Assembly (NCBI GenBank): GCA_964016885.1
Contig: OZ024742.1
Location: forward strand, 377,456,001 to 377,520,000
Direction of reading: 5' to 3'
From: Eledone cirrhosa
Lineage: Eukaryota
Length of the DNA: 64,000 bases
The notes beneath the pieces were generated by a model. It did no database searches, was not told the origin of the DNA, and saw only the letters and a list, made by a program, of their open reading frames with translations. Below, in pieces: positions 49,069 to 60,793 of this stretch (its first letter is position 1; the number at the start of each line of letters is the position of its first letter). The position numbers and the translations under genes are program-made.

Positions 49069-49468
49069 TTCCCCCCTCTACAAATTTAAAGACAACGCTA
49101 CCTACATCCAACACAGTAGCAAAGAATCATACTTTATATGAACTCCGTTTAAATGCATCCACCACAGACGAAACTGCAACTAGCACCCAACATTAACACC
49201 AATGGACAAATTAAGAACGAGAGTGTTCCCTACAGAAATACTAAGAAAGATAGATATATTTAGAAATAATTATTCCCTCAGTCATCTTTAAGGTCACTCT
49301 ACCATTTAGGTCAGTCCCACGGACAGCTTCCTTTACTACTAATAGTAATACTATTACTACTACACCTCCCCATCGTCTCCTTCTGCTTCACCTACCCCTC
49401 CTTCGTCTTTCTCTTCCTTCTTTGCCACAGCCGTATTATTATTACCATGACATCTCCACCTCTTCCTC
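49069..49468 (+). mobile_element. Inverted arm of the same PLE, part 1 (probable ORF C-terminus and start of the 3' region)
   Basis: Strand composition flips at about 49070; plus frame PLYKFKDNATYIQHSSKESYFI resembles the E..FI end of PLE GIY-YIG domains. Confidence 0.6.
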
Positions 49469-50534
49469 GACGGTGATCAGGTGTGGTCGCCGTTTGCTAG
49501 ACGCGTCTTTCCCCAGTTCGTCTCCTTGACGGAGCTGCAGTCCTGGGTGAAGCGAAGACCGAGAGGGAGCGCTTGGAGACTGGAATGTCTTCAGGGACCC
49601 ACGGCCCTCGAACAGTCGGGCAATGTGATCGGTGGAAACTCCACCTTGGCGTTCTATAAAGGATTAGTGGAGGGGAAGAGTGACGACGTACTTGGGGAAA
49701 CTCAAGGCGTCGACGAAAATCAACTAGCCAATCTCTTCGGAAGAACTTTCGGGCCGGTGCCCATGGACAATTTCTAGAAATCCCTGGCCTGACAGTGCTA
49801 CCGAGGAGCTTTGCCAGTTCGGGATAAACTCTACAGGCATGGAGGTGCCGTCAGCCGAGCATGTCCGAGATGCGCGCAGGGCGACGAAACCGTCCTGCAC
49901 GCACTCGTCCAGTGTCCGAGCATTGCTGACTTGTGGGTTTATGCCGAACACCTGCTGTCGCGTGTAGAACGGATCCGGCTATCAGCTGAGTCCATCCTGA
50001 GCATTGCCCCGCCCTCTCTTCCTTTAGCCGGGAAGGGCAGGCAGTTTTTATCTGTCTGGTGGCCATGGCGAAAGAGATAGTATCGTGGACACGTTTGAAA
50101 GGGCTGAAGACGAGCACTTACCTTTTCGGTGATGCCCTGATTAACTTTTGCCAATTTCATTTGAAAAGGAAAATCAGGGTAGAGAGGGAGGTGCTCTCTT
50201 CCCAGCTTTTTGTTGAAAGATGGGTGAGAGAGGTAAGAATGGCCCGAGTGAATGGACCTACTCTGAGTATATGCCTGTAAATTGAAGGCGGAAAACTGGG
50301 AGAGGGTACTTGCCCTGGTGGTCAGGGTCACCGTGGCCTTTTAATGGGCTTTCTCCTCGATAGCCCTCGGAAGTCTCCCCCCTATTGGGTAATTTTTCAT
50401 TGTTCTTTTTTTGTTACATCCTCTGTTTTTTTTTGTTTTTTACACGCAGAAATTCCCATTTGTACCGTCCTGTATTGTCCTGTACTGTCCTTAATGTCTA
50501 CTTTGTGTAAACCCTTGTGGTTAATAGAGAAAGC
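49469..50534 (+). mobile_element. 5'-truncated L1/Tx1-like LINE 3' end (zf-RVT region and 3' UTR), followed by (ATT)n
   Basis: LPVRDKLYRHG...CPRCAQGDETVLHALVQC zinc-finger motif; stops and a frameshift. Confidence 0.85.
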
Positions 50535-50565
<31 letters not shown>

Positions 50566-50587
50566 ATTATTATTATTATTATTATTA

Positions 50588-53500
50588 TTGTTCTTTGAGT
50601 CTCAGTCATTGATGTTAGTTAACTGGAAAGTTTGTTGAAATATACCAAGCCACTACCTGCAGCCTCAGATATTCAGGACGTATCGGAGGGTTCTTGCTGT
50701 TCCCAGCAAGCATGCCTTTTGAAGCGTTCCAAAAAGCGTGAAGGGGCCAATTTTCTTTAACCATCCCTGGAAACTTTTTGAGATAGTACCTAGTGCGCCT
50801 ATGACAATCGGGACCACTTTGACTTCATGGCAGTTCCAAATCCTTTTTACCTCCCACTTTAAGTCCTGGTATGGGTTAATTTTCTCCCTCTCCTTCTCTT
50901 GCACTCTCGTGTCAAATGGACAGGCTACACCCACAATCAGGCACGATCTTTTTCCCTTGTCCAAAACCACCAGGTCAGGTCAATTGTGTTCCATTTTCTT
51001 GTCCGTCTGTATCCTAAAATCCCACAGCACCTCACCTGATCGTTTTCCATCACCGACTCTGGCTTATGCTCATACCACTTCTCAGAATGTGGTAAATTGT
51101 TTACTTTGTATAGGTGCCAATGGATCACCCTGCCCATCACATCATGTCTCCAGCCCTTATAGTGAGTCTGGGCTAGGTGTTTACACTCGGATACAATGTG
51201 AGCCACAGTCTCCTCTCTCTCTCCACAGATCCTGCACAGTGGGTTAGCCTCCTCCTTGTAAATATGGTGTTTCAACCACTTCGTTTTGAGGGCCTGCTCC
51301 TGCGCAGCCATTAGCATTCCTTCTGTAGCCTTTTTAAGGTCTCCTCTTTTCAACCAGATCCATGTCTGTGGATCTCTGAATTCAGTTTTCTCAAAGAAGG
51401 TACTATGAAGGGATTTTTCATGAAGGCTGCTCTTTCTCCTTGTTGTTATTTCCTCCTTGGATATCCCCTGGTCTATTGTCCTCTCCTACAGTACAATTCT
51501 GAGCATTGGCTCCTTACTATCAGTCACGTATTTGTGTAGGTTGTTTTTCTCCATCTGAACACAGTCCTCTATGCTGATAAGACCTCTTCCACCTTCAGAT
51601 CTCCTTAAGTAGAGTCTATCGACATCACTCCTCTTGTGGAACATGTTGTAGATAGTCAATAGCTTCCTAGTCTTCCTATCCATTTCTTTTTGTTCAGCAA
51701 CATTCCATCTCAGAATTCCCGCACTGTACCTAATAATAGACACAGCCCGGGAATTTACTGCACTTATGGCATTCCTACTGTTCAGATGTGACTTTAATAC
51801 GCTCCTTACTCTCCGAATGTATTCAGATCTTATCAATTCCTTCATTCTTTTGTTCTTGATGTCATCAGCCTCCATAACACCCAAATACTTGTATCCTTCT
51901 TCAGTGTCAATTTCCTTTATCATCTCAACTGTTGGTATCTGGATTCCGTTGCTTCTGCTCAATTTACCCCCTCTTCCTCACAAGGAGTCCAAACTTACTA
52001 ATACCAAATTGCATACATATATCACTGCTGAAAATACGGACAGTGTCAACAAGCACATCCAACTCCTTCTCACTCTTCCCGAAGAGCTTAAGATCGTCCA
52101 TGAAGAGGAGGTGATTGATGGTAAGCTCTCCCTTTCCCAACTTGTATCCTACTCTCACTTTTCGCAGTATAATGGTCAGGAGCATCAAGGCAACGACAAA
52201 CAACAGAGGAGACAGACTATCTTCCTGGAAGATACCTCTCTTGATCTTCACGCCTCCCAAGGATTCTCCAGCTGATGTTAATTATGTTTTTCAGGACTTC
52301 ATACGTTTGCCCAACAACTGTCTGATGTTATCTGCCACCTTGAAGATCTCTAGGGTTTTTGTGATCCAAGAATGAGGCACCATGTCAAATGCCTTTTTGT
52401 AGTCTATCCATCCCATGGCAAGACCAGTGTGTCTCCTCTTGCAATTCCTCATTACCATCTTATCAATAAGTAACTGGTCCTTTGTACCACGGGACTTCTT
52501 TCGGCATCCTTTCTGTTCGTCCGGTAACAAGTTGTTTGTGTGGAGGTGATGGTAGATTTCCTCAGACACAATGCTTGTCAACAGTTTCTACATTACGGAC
52601 AGACATGTGATAGGTCTATAGTTAGTAACATCATTACCCTTGATTCAGTCTTTCATTATCAGAACTGTGGTACTTTTTGTCAACCACTCTGGTACCTCAC
52701 CTGACATCAAGCAGTCATTGAACATGGTTGTCAGTTTCGGGAGGAGGGATGTTATATTTTTAATCTAATACCCCTGCACACCATCTGGCCTGGTGATTTC
52801 CAGTTGGTTAGTTTTTTGGCCTGCCCCTTAAGAGTTACAACTGTGATACTCAAATCAGTTTGTTGGTGTGCCTGTTCACCAATCTCCTTTTGTACTGTCT
52901 CAATCCACACTGCCTGGTCATTATGTTTAACATCCTGCTCCCATATTCTTCTCCAGAATGTCTTAGTTTGTTCCGCCTCAGGGATCAAGTCGTTGCCTCT
53001 TTCTTTCCCTTCAAGCTGTCCAAACAGCATCTCCTGGTTGTTGTCAAACATGCAGTTCTGTCTATACTGACTGACTCTGCTCTCGTATCGCCTAATTTTT
53101 GCACTCTTTGCTACAATGCGTTACTTCAGTTCCTCTATGATAATATTTAGCTTTTTCTTCCTAGTTTTGTACTTTATTTCCAGTCTATTTTTAGTGTCTA
53201 TGTTTTTTAGTGTCCCATTCAGTAGGGACTCAAGCTTTCCAATGTCATTTCTCATTTACCTGATTTGACCATTCAGTCGTTTCTTCCACCAAGGTTCTGA
53301 TTTTTCTTGTTTGTTGTTTCCTCCCGCTTTTATGCCAAGTAATTTCCTCATCGCATTTGCTGTTGCTTTGAGGATGTTGTTGCACTGGTGAAGGCTCCTC
53401 GCCTCAAGGTATGGGATGACTTTGTTTACCTTAGCTGTTGTTTCTTTTAACTTTTTCCTGTCTACAAATCTTAGGTTCATAGGTTTCCCACTATCATTGT

Positions 53501-54193
53501 TCAATTCATCTACCACTAAGTTTAGGATATCAACCAAATCTTGTCCTAGCCCGTCAGTATTCATCTCCTCAATGGCCGTATCTCTGTTCCAGGTATTATT
53601 TATTTCAGCATTCAGATCATTGTCTGCTTCGGATGGTTCCTCCGTTCTCTCAACCTCTTCACCTTCATTTCCCACTGGCTAGTTTGCCTAGCATACCCCA
53701 CCCTCCATTTCCAACCTAATCTCTCTGCTCAGTTCCTCCAGTTCCAGCTCGCTTATCCACCCATTAGTTCTTATTACCCGAGCCTGCTCGGTCATTTTTT
53801 GTTCATCTAATTTAAATAGACCAATCTCGTTCCAGATGTTATGCATCCGTTTCCTATAGCCTTTCTCCTTGGGGTTACTCTTCAGGTAACATTGCATAAC
53901 AGTTCTATTCAATTCTTTCGTTCAGTTGGTTCTGATCCATTTCCTCCTTCTTCTTCCTCCGACACCAGCAGTATTTGGTTGACAGCCAGGTCCCTGGTGC
54001 TGAGCCAGGGAGCACCTGCTGTGTGAGAGTTTGTCACGTGACATTCCAGTCTCCACTTCACCGTTATTCGAACTGTTTAGGTTCGATATTTAAACACTCT
54101 TCTCGAGGATTGGTGAATGTATGGTTACATAACCACCGGTGATTTCATTACCCCCAGTGATTTTAGTGTGGCACTATCATGCTGTAGACGAAC
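50588..54193 (-). mobile_element. Near full-length but disrupted R4/Dong-like LINE (RT, CCHC finger, restriction-like endonuclease) with a (TAA)n 3' flank
   Basis: ORF pieces in order: CYLKSNP..GYRKRMHNIW; [20 protein letters not shown]; WIDYKKAFD; RGIFQEDSLSPLLF; HLLFMDDLKL; CRICGEREETVAHIVSEC; RHD; VACPFD...EKINPYQDL. Confidence 0.92.
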
Positions 54194-54271
54194 ATAAATA
54201 AACAAACAAACAAACAGGTAACCCCTCCCCCTCCCACACACACACACAAATTATTATTATTATTATTATTA

Positions 54272-55703
54272 TTTTCTTTCATTATTGTTTCTGAGATATA
54301 TGCCGAGTGTCTTCCTGACACCTAGGGCAAATAAATTCACAGTGTGCATTGGTAAGCCAGTTAATACAGCACATTGATTATAATTAAAAAAACAAAAAAA
54401 CAGTATACATATATACACATGTGCATATGCATATGTAAATACAAGGAGGGATATCCATCTTACAGAGATAGTGCTCATCTCAATACGTGTGCAGTACCAG
54501 TCGAAACAATTTTTTGCACCTCGTGCAGAGAGGGTAAACCAGGAATCATTCGCAAATATTGTTCTGTTCCTTTCTTGACGATTCCCAGTCCTCCCACAAT
54601 CACTGGTATTGTAACGGCCTTGTGCCACATTTTCTCAATTTCAATAAGCAGATCTTTATATTTTCGTAGCTTGTCAAATTCTTTTGCCGCGATATTGTGA
54701 TCACATGGGATGCTCATATCTATCAATAAACAGACCTTGTTACGTTGATATTTTACAATGATGTCAGGTCTATTTGCTTTTATGGTCCTGTCAGCATGTA
54801 CAGGAAAGTCCTAGAGAATTGTGACTTTTCTCCTTCAGTTACAGCCTCATGGTGATGATTGTACCACTTGTCTTCAGCTTTGATTTTGTAATGTCGACAT
54901 ATTACCCAGTGTAGATATTGGCCAACTATGCCATGTCTATATTTGTATTCTACTGATGCTAAAACTTTACATTCAGAGACTATGTAATCCACTGTTTCAA
55001 CCTCAGCATTGCAGAATCGGCATTTTGGGTTTATTCCGTTTCTCATCAAATTGTCCTGGTAATTACGAGTCAATAAGCTTTGATCTTGGACAGCTAAGAT
55101 GAAGCCTTCACTCCGCCTTTAGCCCTGAACTACGTAGCCACTGATGGGTGTGCTTTTGGTCAACATCAGCTTGTTTGCTACGGGCCACATATTTGCCAGG
55201 CAGAGGTTTCTGCTCCCAATTTGGTGCTAATTGTCCTTGCCCTTTTGCTTTTGCCAATGATTTTATGTGCCTAGCAGCATCAGTTGCAACAGTTTCTTTA
55301 GTCTGTCCAGCCTGGTTATCAAGCATGAGATCAGTAGCATGTTTTTTGCTCTCCTTCAAGATAGAATGAAGCTTCTTACTTCTCTCACGCTTTTTAACAA
55401 GTTTCAGCATACAGTCGTCAGTTGTGTCAAGGTATTTGGCCAGTCCAATGATAGTGGTCTTGTAAGCAAGTTCAAATTGGAAGGTAAAGGAAGGTAAAGA
55501 CGATCCCACATCTGCTTTTGGGTGGTGCATCCTATTACAGGTCAGTAGCTTACGGACTTTGGTGTCGATTCTTTTGATTTCACTTATATTCCAGTTCAAC
55601 ACACCGAAGCTGTGACAACTGGGTCTGCCAACAGTTCAACACACCGAAGCTGTGACAACTGGGACTACCAAGGAATTTATGGCTAGTACCTTGTTACCAG
55701 CGT
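54272..55703 (-). mobile_element. 5'-truncated R4/Dong-like LINE of a different subfamily, flanked on both sides by TAA/TTA repeats
   Basis: NAGNKVLAINSL; WNISEIKRIDTKVRKLLT..MHHPKADV; CRFCNAEVETVDYIVSEC; IDMSIPCD...KLRKYKDL. Confidence 0.9.
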
Positions 55704-55728
55704 TATTATTATTATTATTAATAATAAT

Positions 55729-55918
55729 ATTGCTTCTACTTTTGGCACAAGGCCAGTAATTACCCAGTACATAACTGGTACTTTATTTTATCGACCCCGT
55801 AAGGGTGAAAGGCAAAGTTAACCTCGGTGGGATTTGAACTCGGAATGGCAAGGGCGTAACTCTATGCATCAAAGCATGGCGTCCGACCCTCTACCGATAC
55901 TACCAATCCACCGCTGCT
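55729..55918 (-). mobile_element. tRNA-derived SINE with Meta/MESC-like core
   Basis: Minus strand: A-box-like TGGTAGTATCGG, B box GAGTTCAAATCC, core GCCTTTCACCCTTACGGGGTCGATAAAATAAAGTACC, ATT tail. Confidence 0.85.
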
Positions 55919-55931
55919 TATAATAATAATA

Positions 55932-56110
55932 ATTGTTTCTACTTTTGGCACAAGGCCAGCAATTACCCAGTACATTACTGGTACTTTATTTTATCGACCC
56001 CGTAAGGATGAAAGGCAAAGTTAACCTCGGCGGGATTTGAACTCAGATCGTTAAGGGACGTAACTATGCTGGAAAGCATGGCATCCGACCCTCTACCGAT
56101 ACTGCCAATC
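55932..56110 (-). mobile_element. Second copy of the same SINE, in tandem
   Basis: Same boxes, core and ATT tail. Confidence 0.85.
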
Positions 56111-56116
56111 CAAAAC

Positions 56117-56153
<37 letters not shown>

Positions 56154-56155
56154 TA

Positions 56156-56739
56156 CGCGCATTACTGACTTGTGGAGTTATGTTGAACAGCTGTTGTCGC
56201 GTGTAGAACGGATCCGGCTATCGGCCGAGTCCATAGTGAAGATTGACTCGCCGCCTTCTTTTGGTTAGGAAGGGCAGGCAATTTTCCTCTGTCTGGTGGC
56301 TGTAGCGAAAGAGGTTGTATGGTGGACGAGGTTGAAAGGACTGAAGACAGACACTTTTCTCTTCGGCCAATCCCTCATCAACTTTTTCAAGTTTCACTTG
56401 GAAAGGAAGGTGAGGCTGGAGAGAGAAGTTCTGCCCCCCAGTACATTTTCTGAAAGGTGGGTGAATGTGGCGTGAATTGCCAGTAGGTGGGTAAATTTGA
56501 GGAGGAGAGGGGTGCCCTTCCAAGGTGCTCTCGAAGCGTCGGGTCGTTCAGGATTGGTGGTATAGCTGAGCGAGCCCTGGGTGGTAATCCCCCTACTAGT
56601 GGGGAATGTTTCTTGTATTTTTATTGTTACTTTGTTATTGTTATTCATATTGTTTACTTGATTTTTCTGTAAAACCCCACTGTCCCAGTCTTTTGTATTG
56701 TCCCCTATATGTCGGCCCTTGTCGCCAGTAAATGAAATC
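56156..56739 (+). mobile_element. Second L1/Tx1-like 3' fragment (related subfamily), ATT tail
   Basis: Aligns by eye to 49918 onward (CTGACTTGTGG...TCGCGTGTAGAACGGATCCGGCTATC); 3' UTR diverged. Confidence 0.85.
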
Positions 56740-56750
56740 ATTATTATTAT

Positions 56751-56912
56751 GGCTCTTGGACACCATGCTTTGAAGCATAGAGTTACGCCCCTTAACGGTC
56801 TGAGCTCAAATCCTGCCGAGGTTAACTTTGCTTTTCACCCTTACGGGGTCGATAAAATAAAGTACCAGTTATGTATTGGGTAATTACTGGCATTGTGCCA
56901 AAAGTAGAAACA

Positions 56913-56913
<1 letters not shown>
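56751..56913 (+). mobile_element. 5'-truncated copy of the same SINE with a long (ATT)n tail to 56976
   Basis: Reverse complement of most of 55729-55885. Confidence 0.85.
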
Positions 56914-56976
<63 letters not shown>

Positions 56977-56977
<1 letters not shown>

Positions 56978-57170
56978 CCTCCCCCTTCTACTTCTCCTCC
57001 ACTACTACTACTGCAGTTGGGGTCAACACCAGTCGGACAAGAACACGGAACAAGCCGAATTATAAACCAAGTTCTCCTCCATCTACTACTACCATTACTA
57101 CTACTGCAGTTATAGTAAACACTAGTGAGACGGTTACAGGCAACAAACCAGATTCTACTTCAAATTACCA

Positions 57171-57208
<38 letters not shown>

Positions 57209-57232
57209 CAGATGGAGAGGGAGAGTGAGAGT

Positions 57233-57274
<42 letters not shown>

Positions 57275-57520
57275 TGTGAACTCATTTATATGTATGTAAA
57301 CCACGTTCTATTTTAGCCTCTTCTTATTGATATACACCTTAACTCTATTATAAACTCTATTATAAACTCTATTATAACCATATTTCCTGTAGCATGAAGA
57401 AGCCTAAACAATTTTTGGCTGAAACCAGTTCGATAAAATTCCTTTTTTTAAATAAATGTTTTACTGTTATGAGAAAATCCCATTACCATTTTCTACTGTT
57501 TTTCTTATATTCCTAATATA
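56977..57520 (+). mobile_element. Inverted arm of the PLE, part 2, incl. (GA)n and pLTR
   Basis: About 57265-57520 is the reverse complement of 46191-46440 with the same endpoint TTCCTAATA. Confidence 0.8.
57389..57435 (+). ncRNA. Degenerate hammerhead-like motif in the PLE pLTR (mirror copy 46274-46320, minus)
   Basis: C(A)UGAAGA AGCC..GGCU GAAA CCAGUUC; stem II good, core position 3 and stem I poor. Confidence 0.45.
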
Positions 57521-57625
57521 TCAACTCGTGTGTCACTCGTCAACATTCTAAATATATATATATCTCGTACATAATATAATATATATATATACACATATAC
57601 ACATATAGAGCGGTACAGACCGTGT

Positions 57626-57680
<55 letters not shown>

Positions 57681-57732
57681 TTTCTGAATTTGTTTAGCAA
57701 GATTCTTTATCTGAAATCGTGTGTTGAAACCG

Positions 57733-57780
57733 ATATTGTTATACTTTGGGAGGACAACATGACCCTCCCAAAGTATAACA

Positions 57781-57784
<4 letters not shown>
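57733..57784. repeat. Perfect 21-bp inverted repeat with 10-nt loop
   Basis: ATATTGTTATACTTTGGGAGG acaacatgac CCTCCCAAAGTATAACAATAT. Confidence 0.9.
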
Positions 57785-57842
<58 letters not shown>

Positions 57843-57978
57843 GAATATATATATATATATGTAGTAAGAAACAGAGGGTTGAAAGACCACATTTGTTTGA
57901 AATATTTAACCATGAAGCAGACAGAATGATAAAATAAAATAAAATTATATTATACAAACCGCCTCAATAACAATTATA

Positions 57979-58057
57979 TCTCTCGGACAGATTAGAGATA
58001 ATCTGTTTCGTCTGAGTGTGTTTGTAACAGATAATCCAGGGCATCATCAGCGAGAGA
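57979..58057 (-). ncRNA. Type I hammerhead ribozyme F1 (intact core, atypical stem II)
   Basis: UCUCUCG CUGAUGA [34 nt] GAAA CAGAUUA UCUC UAAUCUG UC CGAGAGA; 7-bp stem I, perfect stem III, GUC site. Confidence 0.8.
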
Positions 58058-58335
58058 ATCTGATTAAATGCGACAAACACCTAGTACCAACGTTCACACA
58101 GAAAGATGAATTTATCACCTCGTGCGCCGCAAGTCAGTGTTTCAGTAAGAGTTATTAACTCTAACTTTCATTTATATTTGGGCTTCCTCATGAGGTGAGC
58201 TTATTAAGTTGCGTTTGTTGGACTGTTGTTTCTAACCAATACACTCATACCACTTTTGACTTGCGGCGCACGAGGTGATAAATTCATCTTTGTGTGTGAA
58301 CCTTGGTACTAGGTGTTTATCGCATTTAATCAGAT

Positions 58336-58414
58336 TCTCTCGCTTATGATGCCCAGGATTATCTGTTACAAACACACTCAGACGAAACAGATTATCTCTA
58401 ATCTGTCCGAGAGA
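58336..58414 (+). ncRNA. Hammerhead F2, core mutated (CUUAUGA, G5U), probably inactive
   Basis: Otherwise nearly identical to F1. Confidence 0.7.
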
Positions 58415-58570
58415 TATAATTGTTATTGAGGCGGTTTGTATAATATAATTTTATTTTATTTTATCATTCTGTCTGCTTCATGGTTAAATATTTCAAACAA
58501 ATGTGGTCTTTCAACCCTCGTAATATTAGACACACGATTTACTGTGTTTCTTACTACATATATATTATTA

Positions 58571-59704
58571 CTAGCAGTAAAGCCCGGCGTTGCTCGGGGT
58601 CGCTCAGTAGCTGTGCTAAAGTTACAATGTTAAGTTTCTTTTTTGGCTTAAAAACTGTAGTCTCTACTGTGCAGACTTGCATGTGGTGTTTTTGATTAAT
58701 ATTCCCTCAACCAACAACATGCCTTATGAAGTTAAGAAAACATAACGATAACCCGAATGTTATAACAAAAGAGGATGCTGGGGATAAAACCTGCACTGGT
58801 TATTTATTAACAAAGATCGAAAATGTAAACACTGCAACGCAGAGAGAAACATTAGCGTAACCAAATTATCAGTTATGTCTGTCTGCACGCCTATATCACC
58901 TCTCTGCACGACTGTCTGTCTGCACGCCTATATCACCTCTCTGCACGACTATCTGTCTGCACGCGTATATCACCTCTCTGCACGACTGTCTGTCTGCACG
59001 CCTATATCACCTCTCTGCACGACTATCTGTCTGCACGCGTATATCACCTCTCTGCACGACTGTCTGTCTGCACGCCTATATCACCTCTCTGCACGACTAT
59101 CTGTCTGCACGCCTATATCACCTCTCTGCACGACTATCTGTCTGCACGCGTATATCACCTCTCTGCACGACTGTCTGTCTGCACGCCTAACGAAATTTAC
59201 AGATACATATATTTTAAATAAACTTATATAATTTTTGCTTTTTTTTACGAAATATTTGCTTGTTTTACGTAGTCTTTAAATAGACTTGTTTTCAAGTAAA
59301 AATATTGTTTTAAAATGCTTTTAAATGGAAATGAAGCAAAACGGAAGCTTAGTGTTCGAACTGATGAATTTTGCAGGTCAATATTTTGCTGGCTCGACAA
59401 CTGTTCGTGTATTGTGTTAATGTCATTTTAAACGCTGAGAAAGCCGGCGTAATTTTTTACGTAAGACGCTCAATGTAAACAGAACAAAGGGAAATAACTG
59501 ATAACTTACGCTCAAAAATCGATACATTATATTCGATTTCGTCACATAGGGTGGGTCAATTTGAAATATTTTTTTTCCGATGTCTTCGCTATGGCTCAAT
59601 GTACAAGTATAGCAATTTCGGTGCAATTCCGTGAGAGATTCTAAGAGGAGATGTGTGCCAAAAATCGATAGACAGACAGACAACCACAGTTTTATATATA
59701 TAGA
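58571..59704 (-). mobile_element. Non-autonomous Helitron, copy 4 (longest; about 8.4 units of the 37-bp repeat at 58876-59188)
   Basis: A|CTAG...GA|T termini, no TSD. Confidence 0.9.
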
Positions 59705-59778
59705 TTATAATGCTCAGTATTTATACTTGGAGCTTATTGATTACAGGGTTTCAGTAAGAGTTATTAACTCTAACTTTC

Positions 59779-59809
<31 letters not shown>

Positions 59810-59841
59810 CATATATATATATATATGTAACTCTAACTTTC

Positions 59842-59880
<39 letters not shown>

Positions 59881-59885
<5 letters not shown>

Positions 59886-60076
59886 GAAACCAGTAAGACC
59901 CCGACAGCTGAGCTCAAGCCGTTTCGACGGCTAATTCTGGACTCAATTAGCCGTCGAAACGGCTTGAGCTCAGCTGTCGGGGTCTTACTGGTTCCTATTA
60001 TCCACTCTACTACCTCAAGTATTGAGTACTTTGGTGCGTTATGGTCCACCTGGTTCCTTACCACATTTCCTTCGTT
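59881..60076. mobile_element. Family G: 56-bp-arm palindrome made of two mirrored 3' halves of a hammerhead, plus downstream sequence
   Basis: Arms 59881-59936 and 59945-60000 (1 mismatch); each reads GCCGUC GAAA CGGCU..AGCUG UC GGGGUC; no CUGANGA. Confidence 0.7.
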
Positions 60077-60159
60077 ATATATATATATATATATATATTC
60101 ATATATATATATATATGTATATATATATATGTATACATATATATATATACATATATATA

Positions 60160-60201
<42 letters not shown>

Positions 60202-60214
60202 CATATATATACAC

Positions 60215-60274
<60 letters not shown>

Positions 60275-60303
60275 AAATGTGTGTAATCCTTGGTACAGTT
60301 AGG

Positions 60304-60793
60304 TATATTAAGACAGGGGGGAAGAAAAAATGGCTTCACTTGTGCTTTCAACAAATTTATTTTCTTCACAAGATCCCAAAAGAATTTTTTTCTGGATTAG
60401 AAAAAATTTATTTTCTTTAAAAAAATTATTTTATAAATTAAGTTGTTGGTTGTTGGTTAGGAGTTCTTGGTTAACGTAGGAGGTATTGTTTCGTTTTTAG
60501 AACGACCTTTCACGCTGAGGTGCGCTTGTCAAACTGATGTGTATGTGGTGTGTTGTTCTATATATAGGGATTTAACATGTCTGTGGTGTGGTGGGTTTTT
60601 TTTTCTAAAAACGAAACAATACCTCCTACGTTAACCAAGAACTCCTAACCAACAACCAACAACTTAATTTATAAAATAATTTTTTTAAAGAAAATAAATT
60701 TTTTCTAATCCAGAAAAAAATTCTTTTGGGATCTTGTGAAGAAAATAAATTTGTTGAAAGCACAAGTGAAGCCATTTTTTCTTCCCCCCTGTC

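Larger units (their letters stand above)
57861..59783. mobile_element. HHR family F: minus arm 57861-58136 and a terminally redundant ~475-bp plus monomer (58139-59783) interrupted by Helitron copy 4
   Basis: 57874-58136 and 58257-58519 are inverted copies; TTCAGTAAGAGTTATTAACTC at 58141 and 59750 (1609 minus 1134 = 475). Confidence 0.8.

Noticed and set aside
50588-54193. Active autonomous LINE
   Set aside because: ORF is broken into at least eight pieces by stops and frameshifts, and QGD is mutated to QED.
55592-55663. 40-bp tandem duplication in the second Dong-like LINE (also a 48-bp duplication near 42495-42580)
   Set aside because: Ordinary local slippage in dead sequence.
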